The notes below the pieces were generated by a model. It was given only the letters and a program-made list of their open reading frames with translations. It was not told the DNA's origin and did not search any database. A program made the translations under genes and the position numbers. From Eledone cirrhosa (taxonomy: Eukaryota), in the NCBI GenBank assembly GCA_964016885.1, contig OZ024742.1, positions 85,560,001 to 85,624,000 of the forward strand: a DNA stretch of 64,000 nt. Direction: 5' to 3'. The first letter of the stretch is position 1. Each line of letters starts with the position of its first letter. Shown here in pieces: positions 12,431 to 27,024 of the stretch.

Positions 12431-13499
12431 TTGTTGTTGTTGTTTTATCATTCATTTTATTGTTGTTATTTTTATTAACAGTAGTACATTGAAGCTATAG
12501 CAGGAACTTACATTTAATAGGTGAAGCTGACAACATTCTCAGCCTGTGGCTTATAGTTGTCACCAGTGATACAGGTTTTGATATTTGGAATGGCCAATAC
12601 TCCTTCTGAGATGACTAAGCGCTCGAGATGCAAAAGCAGATTTATGCAAATACATTTGCTGTATAAAAATTCACATTAAACTGTCGAATAATATCCTCAG
12701 ACAGAAGCTTTTATATGAACTTGTTTCAGAGTAGCGATCTAGTAGCACACATAGGCTAGATGGAATATGTTTCCATTGTTAAGAAAAGTAATATATTTCG
12801 AGAGATTTCTCGGATATATATTAATTCTGCGTTATGGATATTTTTACAATATATAACATGAATAATGGACGAGAATGTGTTTCACTTCAGTTCCTTCTTT
12901 AAGTGATATTAAATTGATTCCTTGATTCCTTTTTATGTACAAAAATACACATAGTCAGCATATAGCTATCAATTTCATCATACATTTCATATATCATGTA
13001 TTTCCGACCATAGCTTTATATTCATCATAACCTGTATTTGGTTAGTTATTGTGTCGGCATCTTTTAACATTTACACAGCTTTTATTCGTATTTATTTTCA
13101 GCTATGATGTATTTGATATGCATCATGTTAACATCAAACAGACGCAACAGTAAGTTTCCAGGAAGCTATATTTTTTTCATTGTTGCTTTTAATCGCTGAA
13201 TAGTAGTATACTGATATTCATTTTTGTTTCTAGAGTTAGAAAGAAAAATTTAACCACAATTCTCAATGTTAATTCTCAACTGATATAATAAAGAAAAGTT
13301 ATATATCATTTACAACAATTATATATATTTGGGTATAGTCCACTGTCGTCGTGTAAGCGTTGACATATGATATATACTGATGGGCTTTCTAACGTTGTTT
13401 TCTTATTTCATCCTTTACAAACGGGGTATTAAAACAATACTTATCGAAACAATATCTGAACGCATCTTAATTTGAAAACGAATATACTAGGAGTCTTCT

Positions 13500-14380
13500 T
13501 CTCCCCACTATTTAACTCTTTGGGACTGAATCCGATAATTAATATATTAAACAACTCTGGGCATAGCTAGAAATATCATTAGGAGCTAATCATTCATCAT
13601 CTGTATACAGATAACTTCTGTGGTCAGTTCATGAAATACTATAGAAACAACTGCAGACATTAAATTGGTTCGCCAGATATTCGGGTCAAAAGAACTCGCG
13701 GAGGCAACTCTTTTATGAAGAACAGCAGACACAGTAACATGATAATATCGAGTAACATGATAATATTTCAGAAAATTTGCTACATGGCCAGTACCCGACA
13801 GAGCTGAAGGAAATACAAATATTACAATATTTGACTAAAGAGAATAATCGAGTCTAAATAATACTTAATTTCTTAAGAATATCTTATATTATAATTCAAT
13901 TCCCCATACGCCAGATAATGAAGCAAAATACATTTAGTAACTGCAAAATATTTCGCCTCGGTCCTTCAAAATTGAATCAGGCCTTTGTTGCATTACTGCG
14001 ATTCTGGCCCATCAAATAGCTTCCATTCTTTCGTTTCTTAGAGCATGCATCATACCTGACACTGCAATCTCCATGTTTCACATTGAAGAAACGGTCTAGT
14101 ATCATACTCACAGCTAGCGCGCCACCAGTTACAATGCCATTTTAAAAAAACTGCTTCTTTTAATTTGGCTAATAACTCCCACTCTGTTTTAAGTTTCTAT
14201 ATCATTAAGTATTTCGCGAATTGTTATTGATTCTCCTTTAATTACATTTTTGATAGTGGCACAATCCATGTTATTTAGCGCTGCCTTTGTCAACTGGTAC
14301 TTAACTAATGTGCTACTGCAGTCATTATAGGCATTACGTACCGGTTTTGAAGCCTTAAGCTTCCGGTAACACCGTCCCTG
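13500..14380 (-). mobile_element. possible highly degraded hAT-like DNA transposon fragment
   Basis: Minus-strand GIVTGGALAV resembles the hAT 'TDGAPAM' motif, and the end begins CAGGG. Weak. Confidence 0.2.
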
Positions 14381-15199
14381 TCAAATTATTATATGTAGAT
14401 CGACCATGCAGAGTAGACATTTCTTGTCTGAATAACTGACAGTGTAGAATTGTGGAGACCCTATGCTATCCTTTTCTGCTAACCTAATCCAGAACCTATG
14501 TAAAATGATATCTCCGATTGATTCGGGGCTACATTGGTGCATTCGGGAAATGTAGTCGGTACCTGTCAAACGTAGTTTTCTGATTCGTTCTCTAAGTATT
14601 TGCATCATCGTTTGTATTAGTTACTCCCATGAAGACCTAAAATTTGTCTAGGATGCAGTTCCACTGACTCGCTAACAGTAAAGGGCAAGGCGTTTAACGA
14701 AAAGCTTGCAGATTGCCACCTGTCTAAAAGAAACGGCTATGACAATTATTTATATCCCGGACCACCAACTTACCACCTAGTTATAGGACCAATGTCCCTA
14801 CCTTGAAATCCGTGCCTTTTTTAAACATCACTGCCATCTCACATCCCATACCAGAACAACTAAGGGAGCGTATAATTTAAAGTTGTAAGAAATTGGGCCA
14901 GTCCGCTCATATGGGAAATCATGGTCTCGCTTACGGCTTTTACATCCATAGCTTGTAACCCTGTGTTGATGTACAAGTGAACCAACTTCTAGGATGAACC
15001 CTGGACATGTATTTATAAGCAGCCTAGTCTTAAAATCCGTATGACCAGTCGATGTTGTAAATCTGATGCTTTTATCTCCATATTTGGTTGGGGTACTTTT
15101 ACGAATGGCTCTAAAAGACAACTCGTTGCTTTTATATTAAATGTTCCCTCGTTGTAGGGGAAGCCCTTCCTAAGTTACTTTTATGTTTCTAGAAATATG

Positions 15200-15790
15200 T
15201 GACTCATGTGTAAATTATGTGGCGCTTTAACAACTCTGGTTTTTGTTGTTGTGTGTGTTTACTTTTTGGTGGTACATGTTGCGGTAGCGGTTGTAGCGTT
15301 GAAGGTTGTGGTGTTGGTTGGCCTGGTGTCCTTGTATTTGTATATTTGTTGTGGCTGTGTCTTCTGCGTTTTCTAGAGAGGGAGTTAGTGTGAGGCACGA
15401 TGTTTATTGAATGTTTTCTTCTCTCATTTTTTTCTTTGGTTCTCCGTCATCTTCACTTGGGGATGTACTGTTAATGTAGAAAGGTTCTCGGATATGTGTG
15501 AGCGTATTGTGATGGTCTGAATGTCAGCATGTGTGCTTCCTGTTAAATGAAACTTAGAGGGAGATGGGGATGGAGAAATGAGATGGAAAAGGAGAAGGGG
15601 AGGGTGTGGATAGTGAGTACTTCGTTGGGAGATACCCTGTTTCTTTTTCACATTGTCTACTTTTGGTAGTTGTGGCGGAGCTTCTGGTGATACTCTTCGT
15701 GGTGGTGGTGATAGAGTTGCTGGTGTTCATGCGTCTGATATTGTTGTTGCAGTTGCTGTTTAAAAGCACAATTCATTAGTGAATGTGTAC
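15200..15790 (-). mobile_element. possible LINE ORF1-like low-complexity remnant
   Basis: T/Q/N/K/P-rich reading frames with the same composition and terminal …TACA(CA)TGA as Tx1 ORF1 at 35215-36930. Confidence 0.3.
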
Positions 15791-16204
15791 TAAGAGCAAG
15801 AGCAGCTTCCAAATTAGATGTGACAGCTTTTATGATTACTCCAGAAAGAATCCCATACAAAATCTCAGATTACTCTGTAACCGTCAAAACATTGAAAGAG
15901 TTCGTTTCCCAGTTCTTTATTCTCGCTTACAAAATCTAAGTCACATTAATTTCATTATCCTCTGCGTATCGCGCCCCTTCCTTTTTTTTTCATAACGTAA
16001 CTAGAAGTAGGACCTCTGAAACTATTCTCACGTTTCAGCTCAAGTAATCCTTTAACATTTTGGTGAAGGCCCGACCAAGCAAGATGATTTATTTTAGACG
16101 TATCCATCTTGAAGGGTCTATAAACATTACTGCGTGGCTGTGGAGGATTGCTACATTTGATATAAGATTTATGCGTAGGAACGACAATTTTTTTAAGTTG
16201 GGTG

Positions 16205-16520
16205 ATACTGATTATATCGACTTAGGTATATTATTGCTATATTATTTCATCGACTCCAAGAGGAAAAAGAGAAGCGTTGACATCGTCAATATCTGAACTC
16301 AGAACTGAATGAACCGAAGCTAATGGTGCAAATGATTTTGTTCTACTTCATAAGGAATCGCTTACACATTTGGAGTACAGGAGCAATAACCGATTATATT
16401 GAAATATATTTTAACAGATCGGGTGTGTGCGGATGGATATAAAGCAAACCTGACTTCGTTTAATTTGAACTCGAGGTTAGAGGGATGTATCTAAGTACTG
16501 CAAAACATTTCCCCATTTAG
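16205..16520 (-). mobile_element. two degraded SINE copies
   Basis: GATTATATCGAC…TTTCATCGACTCC…GTTGAC…TGAACTCAGAAC and a second GATTATATTGA…TTTGAACTC, the reverse complement of the SINE core. Confidence 0.45.
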
Positions 16521-17776
16521 TTCTAACGATTAAGCAGCCCAGCACCTTTAACTGAAAATACAATTAGTGATATTAACGTGACGAATAACTAATTGTGTTG
16601 AAATCATTTTGTTTACTTCATATTTTTTTATGCATAACATTGACGTTTCTCTGATAAATGATTATTTTAATTAGATTGAAATATTTCAAACCATGCAGTC
16701 ATTGCAGCATAATACAAATAGACAACTACATGTGCAAATCTGACGGTATTTTATACTTTGTCTTTGTTAATTTTTATATAATGTGTTCAATTGTTTACTT
16801 CCAATATTCTACTTTGCAAAGACTGGCTTATGCTGGATTTACCAACAGCTGTTGATGTCAGAAAGCATCTGACTGGACCGTGTTGTAAATAATTAATAAT
16901 AAAATGTACATTATCCAAATATCATGAGATAAAATGCAAATCCATTTATTTTATAAATTATCAGTCAAGATAAAATGTTTATATTGAAACTTGAAATAAT
17001 ATTGAATGGATTCAAAATATAAAAGTTTCTAAGCTCGGAAAAGAAGAAAAAATTGCAGAAAATTTGCCAAATTGATTGATGAGTAGATATTCATGCATGC
17101 TATGGGATATTTGGAAAAATTGTGTAATTTCACATAACATTCGTTGGTGTTATAGATAAGGTTCTGAAAATGGAAGTACATGTGTTTACGAGGGTTCGAA
17201 AATAGAAGCATTCCTAGTTTATGAAAAACAGATACGACATTTACAGAACTGTCAAATCATAAAACAAATACACATGGCAAGATTACGTGTTTACTAGGTG
17301 AGGGCAAATAGGCTTGAAAGAATGCATGTTAATTTCTCAGCATGCCAGTTATTCCTAATTACAGGAAAACCAATAAGCATAGGATATTGTTAATGGTAAT
17401 AAGGGCCACCGGGCTGCATTACACACAGTTAAAAAGGCAGTGTTTTGTAATTCACGGAAACGCAAACTAATCCACTGCGAAATTAGAGATATTGATTTCA
17501 TAAGCATAGCAGATTGATTCAAAGCATTTCCTGATGTTTTGCGTCCTTCTAATCATTCGCCACTTATATTAATATCAAGTAACCTTTTAGCAAATGAAGA
17601 TGAAGTGATAACATCCACATGACAAGTATCCGTTTCAATATCATAACACGATCTCACTGGATTTTGTGACAAAAACATGGATATTACCAATTCATATACA
17701 AATGCACAAATAGACACACCCATATATATATATCCAGGGTTTGTAATGCGGAGTTACTGTAGGTTCACCCGCGTGA

Positions 17777-17836
<60 letters not shown>

Positions 17837-18303
17837 AGTATAGATACGTCCCAATTTGAGCTGATAGTCGGAAACCATAGTTAATAATTAATAGAATTTG
17901 GTAAATTACTCCTGATAGACGTAGTCGAGCGGTGAGTACTTCGTAAGTCAATTACTGCGTTTACACACACACGCGCATTCACACAATCACGCGCATTCAC
18001 ACAAACACGCGCTCACACACACACACATACACTCACCAACACATACATATACACACAGACGCGCGGCCACACAATCACGCTTTCACACACACACACATAC
18101 ACTCACCAACATATACATATACACACACACACAAAGGATTCTTTTGAACTTTCTACGTTTCACTTTACGTTTCACTGTTTAAGGCGCTCAGGCTATCATA
18201 ATTGATAGTCCTCAGTGAAATATGTATAAGGGAGTTTTTTAATAGACCTGAATCATCTGAATATGGCCTTCGATTTGTTATATATTGTATATATATGTGT
18301 ATA

Positions 18304-18382
<79 letters not shown>

Positions 18383-18385
<3 letters not shown>

Positions 18386-18833
18386 AAAGTTTTATTTAAA
18401 ATTGTTGGGATACAACAAGTAAATATTTTATAACTGATATAAAGCACTCGACAAGTTTGTGGAGTAGATATACGATATTAAATAAATGGAAACTATATTT
18501 ATAAAGCCATATTTATTTCATTATACTTATTTCAGGGATACCAAATTAAAATATGGTATGCCTTCATCAGACAAAATGCAATATATAAACAGCTTTATAA
18601 ATAATTTTGACGTGCCCTATTAGAAGCGACCATTACTTTTGGAATATCACTATCCAGACAGCTTCCAAAAGTAATGGTCGCTTCTAATAGGGTACGTCGA
18701 AATTATTTATAAAACTGTTTATATATTGCATTTTGTCTGATGAAGGCATACCATATTTTAATTTGGTATCCCTGAAATATTTATAATGAAATAAATATGG
18801 TTTTATAAATATACTTTCCATTTATTTAATATC

Positions 18834-18840
<7 letters not shown>
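18383..18840. repeat. fold-back palindrome of a PLE terminal repeat, in (TA)n
   Basis: 18468-18643 is the reverse complement of 18663-18840. Same family as 26960-27160 and 62165-62278. Confidence 0.9.
18730..18792 (+). ncRNA. minimal type I hammerhead motif (mirror copy 18515-18577 minus)
   Basis: ATTTTGT-CTGATGA-AGGcATACCA…TGGTATcCCT-GAAAT attt ATA^ATGAAAT. Confidence 0.75.
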
Positions 18841-18872
<32 letters not shown>

Positions 18873-19053
18873 GGTTTGAGGTTCACCACTGGATAGAGCT
18901 GGTCAATTCCGCATGGTCAATCTTAATGTAATAATATGGAGAGTACTCAACGTAAAGCAGTTCCACCGTCTTTGTTTTTGTAGTTGGTGGTGCTAGTACC
19001 ACCAACATTTCCCTATATATATATATATATATATAGTAATAACAAATCGAAGG

Positions 19054-19101
<48 letters not shown>

Positions 19102-19269
19102 GTATGCATGTATGCCCGGGAGAGATGACACCTTAGCCTTTGTCAAGGCAGAATTCTAGGAGAACGAAAACTCTAATATAACACCTGCAACCCTGATGGT
19201 ATCCAATGATGTTGACTTGTTCTTCTTTTTGGTAAATATCATCTTGGTTAAGAGAGTGGGACTGGTTTT

Positions 19270-19526
19270 GTGCAGTCCCTTTGCTCAATATAAAAGCTTC
19301 ACGGGACAGGCATTGCTTTGTATCTGGAGATCTCTCTGCACTTGTCGTCACATGGTACCATGGGCCCAGCACTATGTGTCAATAATTGTCACAAGTGTAA
19401 TGTTTGTACCAGAGTTTTCAAGTCGCTGGCTGGACAAAAAGTCACACTCGTTCAGCGCATCGGGAGGGGTTCTCCTACATGGATATAAAGTAATGGCTGT
19501 TCTCGAAAACGAGTTGGCAGCCACCA

Positions 19527-19550
<24 letters not shown>
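19270..19550 (+). mobile_element. RTE-clade LINE 3' end
   Basis: C2H2-like [15 protein letters not shown]…SHTRSAH, short UTR with CTCGAAAACGAG hairpin and (TATG)n tail. Confidence 0.6.
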
Positions 19551-19691
<141 letters not shown>

Positions 19692-20069
19692 CTCTAAGAT
19701 TTAGTACGCTTAAAGAGTATCCAGCGGATTTTCTTCAGATTTTTCACATGCATGCAGATAATTCACGATTCATTTCCAGTAGATGAACAATCATTTCTTG
19801 AGACTAAGGGAATTCAAAAAGTACACAGCTACATTCCTCAATCTATATATCTTTTTATTCTTCAATCAGAAGCAACTGCTTTCCACTGATCAGCTGGTCT
19901 GTTGACTGGATTCTCACGCGAGACCAACCATCATCATGGATGTTATTTAATCATCGTGCTTGAAGTTTCCCCTAGGTCCCTGCCTGTTGGATTATCCCCT
20001 AAAATATATCCACCACTTCTTTCTGGAATTATATATATAAATAATTCAAATTAAAATATACATGTATAG

Positions 20070-20668
20070 AGCCACGAGTTATGGATTGACTACTTCTCGG
20101 AACACGACAGATATAAAGGTATTTTGTAATTTATTGGAACTTATACAAATACGATTTCCTCTGATGACTGGTTTTACGACTTCCATAGATCTACCAAATA
20201 GGTGGCAATTGATAATAAATTGCTTAGATCGATTTTCGTTTTGGTCTGCGAACTATGTAACGGCGGCCGTAATTAAAATAATAACATTTTTACTTTAATG
20301 TTTATACTGTTTCCCGAATATTATATGCTTTACATATACGTGAAAAATGCTATGTGCCTCTCTACTGATATATGGCTATATAAAAACATCTTTTATGTTT
20401 GAATTATTGATGCTCTGGACATGGTCAATTTTTTATGTATGATACTTCAAATTAGTTAAACTCTCCTCCAATTTCTTAATCTATATAGTTGCTTGAGCTG
20501 TCACTGATAGATCGCACGTCCGTCTAGCGGTTGCGACGTCCAGTCCCATTTATATCTGCCTTCACATTTAAAACTTATCCCTCAGCACGAGATATGGATT
20601 GACTACCTCTCGGAACACGACAGATATAAAGGTGATTTGTAATTTATTGGGACTTATACAAATATGAT
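20070..20668. repeat. ~85 bp direct duplication (20070-20155 and 20585-20668)
   Basis: ATGGATTGACTAC(T/C)TCTCGGAACACGACAGATATAAAGGT…TTATACAAAT occurs twice. Confidence 0.8.
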
Positions 20669-22384
20669 GAAAGATTGGTTCTCAATCACCTGAAACATAA
20701 CTACTTACTTAGTGTCTAGTAACAACATCATAGATAGGGAAATATACTAGAATATCTGGCAGTATCAATAGTTCAAACCAAGTAAATACACGGGTGCGTT
20801 TGAATTGTACTAAAACGGCTAACGATGAATTTTCTCTGACAAATCTGCATACATTTCACAATGCTCTTATTTTCCCAGGGTTAAATATAACTGCAATTGT
20901 AGGAACCTGGAAATATGCTCTCTTATGTAGTCTATCAATGTGCTGTATCAATGTATCCTATTGCACTAAGGTAGATATTGGAGCAGCTTTGTATAGATAT
21001 TTATTTCTCGTTATTACATGCTTCTTATTCCTTTAAGAAGGAAAGGATTCTCTAGCGCCCACACCCATTCCATATGCGATTAAAAGGTATTCTCGCTCAA
21101 CTAGGATATTCCATAATTTCCTCAAGCATACAATCTCGGCAATTCTAATCTTTGTTTCACAGAGTGTCTGCAAATAATCAAGTCTGACTTGATGTTTAAT
21201 AGAGTTTTTCCCCGTACTGGGAAAGAAATTAATACTCATTTTGCAATTTTAAATAATATAATATTATTACTTATTTAGCTCTACCCGTTCGGTAAGTGTT
21301 ACTACCTACTCATATATGTATTAGGTATTAATTGACTTAAACACTTGTAAAACAGTTTCATTTACGTTAGTAATAGGTGAATAAACTCACAGAATTTGTT
21401 TAACAGTCAACATAGACTTTCTCATACGTCCACTAACACCTTGCCTGCGTGCACGTATTGATTGGTAACATATTTGGATCTAAAATAGGTATATATAATT
21501 GAGCAAGCCTATATTTGTGAGCTTATATAAAAGCCTATAATAAAACTGGTCTAGTTAAGAGCGTGTTACTGCCTGACAACAATACAGACATCCGAAATAC
21601 GGGATACTAAAAAGAATTAATACCAGTGTAAATGCGATCATTTAGTATTAATTACCCTGTGTTCGTGGTAACTATGTATTTTATGTATCAACATCTGGTT
21701 GGAATTTAAACAGAAAATGCCTATACATGTGTTCATCTTTCACGATAATTAGTGTAATTAATTGATTATATGTTATATAACTATAGGAAAACATGAACAA
21801 TATCACTATACACACATAAAAACAATCATATCTTCCTTCTTTGTGGTGCGTATTGACTTGTCTTTCTGATTAACTCTCTCTAACATTGTTCTTACTTCCA
21901 TCACAATGTTTACATTTATGTGTCGTTTTCGCCATACAAATAAACTAAATTGTCTTTATTTTCCTTTTTCCTTTATTTATTTTTCCTTCTTTTTCTTGAT
22001 CGGTTCATTGAGTAATAACATAATGGGAACAAGTGACTCATTTCATTAATCCATGTTTTCCTGATGAGATTCCGAGAGACGTTTGTACCATAGAAATAAT
22101 TAATTAAGGGACGAATTAATTTAGTCGATTGATGCTATGAATCTCTTTATGGAAACGGTAGTATAAATCAATTGTTTTAACTGAGAAAAGTTCTTGGTTA
22201 TTTCCACTCAATGGAATATTTATCCTCTGCTATTTTGACGGTCCTCAATAACCAGTACCCCACGAATTACACCCTGCATTTTATGCCTTGTATGTTATGA
22301 CCTGGATCATATAAGGGGAGTCAAAGCACCTTAGTGAAACACGAGGAGATTTATACAATTTCAATTATTTTCTTATTTTTATTT

Positions 22385-23265
22385 TTAGCTCTCTTAGATA
22401 GGTACTTCGCCATAGGTCATAAACACTGCTCCATCTTTAACAGACACAGGGTGTAACTCAGATACTCCTGTGCTAAGTATATGAAGGCCCGCATCACTAA
22501 CAACCCTATAAGCGGAAACCCATCAGCATGCTCTTGCGGAAGGCCTGAATCTTGTCTCCTTTAACAACAGTGCAACGCACCTGCTGTAATTTAAGAAGCT
22601 GTAGTCACTTCTAACCGACCATATCAACAGCAAGAGATCAAATCCTATATAGGTATGGCGGAGAGCCGGTTTAAACAAATCTTCCTGAATTATCTGTCGA
22701 CATTAAGACACCCACATAAACGTTCGTCGACGAAGCTGGCAAACGACATATGGTCACTCAAGGATGCAGGCATGGATTGCTCCATTCAACGGAAAGTTAT
22801 TATGTCTAAGCCATCCGTCTTATGTGTTGTGCATTGACAAATGTATCAATACCTTGGAGAGATTGCATAATAGCGCTTGTCTAAATACAAGACATGAATT
22901 TCACTCACGTTTTCCACACGTTTAGAAACACCTATTACGTAATTTCAAAGCCGCGGGCTGCCTACTCGAAGTAATCACTGGACTGACTAACATGAATAAT
23001 GTATTATATCCTGAGTTTTCACAGTCGTCTCCTTCGCATCGATCTAACGTGAGCTAATTCCACTTCGGGAATTAACTTCTGCAAACGCGTATTCGTATAA
23101 TTGTTTTTCCTTTTCTGTATACTTTCATTTAACTTGAGATGGTGATCCGACTAAAGTGAAACAATTGTTCTCGGAAATGGTGAATTAACTGTTGTGGAAC
23201 TATTTCTACCAAACTCGTCTCATGGTGTGCTCTACTATAACGTATATAACTTTCCAGTGTTCTAG
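22385..23265 (+). mobile_element. PLE 3' fragment (GIY-YIG pseudogene plus UTR)
   Basis: LLDRYF…IFNRH…YSC…CSCGRPESC…QC…KSYIGMAESRFKQ…TKLANDIWSLKD, followed by (TA)n. Confidence 0.8.
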
Positions 23266-23290
23266 TATATATATATATATATATATATAT

Positions 23291-24468
23291 GAGCTGACGG
23301 AACTAGCATGGGTTTCACTGCTAGTAGCGGTTGCTTCTCAGTGTACACAGTAGGTAATATTAAGTAAACTCCCAGACAAGACACTTAGTTTATTTGCTTC
23401 AATACAACGTACGAAAATGGGTACCTTCAATAATACCCGTACTCGAGTTTCGGCCACATTTAATGCAGCAATACAATGCAGAGCATCTACTGATTGCATT
23501 TATTATGCAACAATGCACAATCGACGCATGTGTCTTCATCGGTGGTTTTCGCGTAATCAATAACCAATCGATCGACCGAATTCGATTCCAATCCATGTCG
23601 GCTATAACTGTATGTAACGGCCAGCACAGTATAACATTAGCAAATGAAATCCCTACGCATCATCATAATGATGTTCCTCTATTGGCCAATGATTCAGAAA
23701 TGTTTGTGCGTACAGGAGACAAAATTCAAATAGTCCCGCTCCAGCCAACGTATCTCAAATATAAACTAGCAAGCGAGTGAAAATCGGTTAATAGAAAAAT
23801 TCAGTCTCCAATCACTGTGCAACAGAATAATAGCATTCTGCTCTATTCCCCAAGTCCCATGACGTGAAATAGTGCGACAGTAACAATGGCAATGCCTAAA
23901 AAAATTCACGGACGTTAAATGCCAACAGGTAATTAGACAAGCATATAGATTTAGCGTGTGGTTAGAGTTCGAATTTTAGGTATTTCGACCAACCACGTGT
24001 GTAAACCGGTCAATTTCACAACTTGTTCGATTCAATAGGTTAGGGAGAGGGCAATATATAACAGGCATCAGAGCAAATATTAAACAAAACACAATAAAAC
24101 ATGCGAAAAATTGCTCAGCTTATTCTCATTGTTAATCTGCTAGTTGGGAGAAAATAATAAGTTGACAGAACTAGCATAGGTTTCACTGCTAGTACCGGTT
24201 GTATCTGAGTGTACTCCATAGGTAATGTTAAGTAAACTCCCTGAGTAGACACATAGTTAATTCACTTCAATACAATGCCCGAAAATGGGTACCTTCAATC
24301 ACAACCGTACGCGAGTAAGAGTTTTGGCCACACTTCTCATGCAGCAATGGAGTGTACATCAGGTACTGACTGCATTTACTACGCAACAATGCACAATCGG
24401 AGCATGGGGCTTCATCAGCGGGTTTCGCCAAGTCAATAACCAATCTATCGACGGAATTCGATTCCAAT
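23291..24468. repeat. ~300 bp diverged direct repeats (23291-23591 and 24159-24468)
   Basis: Shared GAACTAGCAT.GGTTTCACTGCTAGTA…GAAAATGGGTACCTTCAAT…CAACAATGCACAATCG…GAATTCGATTCCAAT. Confidence 0.85.
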
Positions 24469-26526
24469 TGATTAAATACTTATTGTTCTTGGTATACATC
24501 ACACATTTCTGTGTTAGTTTCAATATTTCCACATACGATGAAGAAAGAAGGGAAAATACCGTCATGTCTACAATTCGTAATACAATACGAACGATCTACA
24601 TAGGCATGACATGATATTTAATCCTTAAAAAATGTAAAACCTTAAAACCACTATACTTTGGAGGGCCAATGTGTGAAACGAGGATATGAATTAGAGCAAA
24701 ATTGTATGCCATGCAATAGGTTGTATAAAAGACAATTTATCTTCGTTGTGCATGGTATTATAATATATGTGATATTTAATTCACTTGATTTAGAATATCA
24801 CAGGAAATTTACCTAGCAAAAAACTAACGTAATAGAAATGATTTTATGTATGTTGCCATCTATTAACTAACAGGTACAATAAAATACATGATCATGAACG
24901 AGACGCAGTCAACACTGATCATGGTGAATGTTCAGCTTGACCATTCCGGATTTGTTTTTGTCGTGTGTAATGCATACGTCATATTTTATAGATGTATGTT
25001 TGATCTAGGGACAATTAATTATATGATACGTATATCATATTTTTGCCTACTGAGATGAAAATCTGAACGAACGTGCTACTTCTGTCATGAAATTAATATC
25101 GTTAGGCAGCTAGTTATATGACCTTTCGCTTTTGATCATTATCATTTTCGAAACATCACGTCAGACCTACAGCGTATTAAAGAAAATAAATCAAAGTAAA
25201 CCTCCCTCTATAATTCGTCTTAAAATTATTAAATATTTATATCATCATCCAGGCAATGAAGGTAATGAATTTGACATATGTTCATGAATTTATAAACAAT
25301 ATCAGCAGTATTGGAGGAAGGTGTAGAGAATATATAAGTATAATGTCTATTAAACAAAATGTCAATGAATATTTAATGAAAATTATAGAAATACAGTTAA
25401 TATAAAAAAGAAAAAATATATTAAATAAAATAAAAAATATATATATACTTCTTTAATACAAGCCAGGAAACGGAAATTAAATTGGAAAATAGCAATTCTA
25501 AAAAAAAAAATGTATAGCAAACTTAGAAATAAATATTACAGATATTTTGAAGTTCAAGTCAGTACCAAGAAATTTGTAAAAATAAAAAAAAACGGGATTC
25601 CTTGCGGTAATAAAATGGGAATGGTTAACAAATAATCAACGTGGCCTCTAGCTATTAATTAAATTCATATTTGTGAACAGTATATACGAGACGTAATGTT
25701 AATAAACAAGCCAAAATAAATATCAAAGGAATGGCAGTCACATAGAATAATGTATATTCTTAAAAAGGATATATTCAAATCTATGATATTCTATTCAATA
25801 AAGGTGACATGTATTACGTGAAGATTGAAATGAAAATAAGATCGAATGTTTTTCTTTAAACATATTGTAAGAAAATAACCATTCTTAATTTTCAATTATT
25901 GGCTATGTTTGCAAACGAAATGCGCTAAATACCTGAAGCAGGAATGGTAGTTCATTTGATAATTGTATATCCTTTGCATTTACTTTATTTAATTATCCGT
26001 ATTATCACATATCAAGGAATTCAAATTGAAATTTGAAAGCAGGATTATTCCTCACGTAAAACGCAATTAGAAAGGGTTTGATTATTACATATCTTAATTA
26101 ATTAAATGCTATTTTAGTGTTCCTGTATTAATAAAAAAAAAGGGTTATCAGGAATGAAGCATAAACCTTCGAACATAAATTCCTGTATGAAGAATCTGAA
26201 ACAGGACCTTGTATATATCGAACGAATACCAAATCACTTCCATTCCCAACAATATTAAAAAAGAGAATATCATAATTCGGAGTCATTGTACGCGAGTATC
26301 CATAACTAGATTAACGCATTCCAACTTTCTGACAAGAAAAAATACATATTAATAAAATTATTCAAGATAGAATGATGCATATCTTCCCATTTAAATATAT
26401 AAATATAAATATTCTTATTAACTCAGTTAATTTAATTTAATTTAACTTAATATTTACTTACATTAAATACAAAACCAATATACCTCATAACTCATTAAAA
26501 CAATTATCTATAACACGATATACCCA

Positions 26527-26563
26527 TCTATTCATTTATTTATCTATTTATTTATTTATCTAT

Positions 26564-26618
<55 letters not shown>

Positions 26619-26625
26619 TCTATCT
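26527..26625. repeat. (TATT)n microsatellite
   Basis: Directly visible. Confidence 0.9.
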
Positions 26626-26961
26626 ACTTATAACAGGAAATATTATATTGGAAACGAATAATATTACATTTATACGTAGAATATATTTCCCCCAAATTAA
26701 CGATATATTCATCTTCTCTTGTCTATTTCTTCTCTCTATCTCTCTCGTAATATCTTTTATCTTTAACACCTTATATGTTTTATCTCTCTATCTCTCCAGT
26801 GTCATTTAAATAAACGGTTGTTTTTCAATTATTTACATATTCATTTGCATATTCACACATAAGTTTGAATAATCCCTAACATATTTCCACTATCCAGTGA
26901 ATTTCCAACCGATAAGGTATGATTTTCATGGTTATGTCTCTATTAATAAAACAAACTTTGT

Positions 26962-27024
26962 ATTTTATCTGATGAAAGCGTACCAATATTGTCTTGGTTA
27001 CCCTTGAAATATATATAATAAAAT
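26962..27024 (+). ncRNA. minimal type I hammerhead motif, intact core
   Basis: ATTTTAT-CTGATGA-AAG…CCAA/TTGG…CTT-GAAAT atat ATA^ATAAAAT. Perfect 7-bp stem I and a palindromic stem III loop. Confidence 0.82.

Noticed and set aside
14828-15121. 97-aa minus ORF, possible RT remnant
   Set aside because: No clear RT motif recognisable.
19389-19465. C2H2 zinc finger suggesting a host ZNF gene
   Set aside because: A single frameshifted finger followed by an RTE-type hairpin and (TATG)n tail, which is better explained as a LINE 3' end.
22055-22170. CTGATGA…GAAAC after a possible decayed GIY-YIG (21300-21750); similar weak motifs at 18170-18235, 23135-23172 and 48258-48303
   Set aside because: Stems are incomplete or the core box is missing, so they are too degenerate to call.
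24403-24432. Minus-strand GGC-GAAACCCG-CTGATGA-A-GCC, hammerhead boxes with GAAA first
   Set aside because: Only 4 nt between the boxes, no matching NUH strand found, and the paralogous repeat (23530-23555) does not keep the core or stem II.
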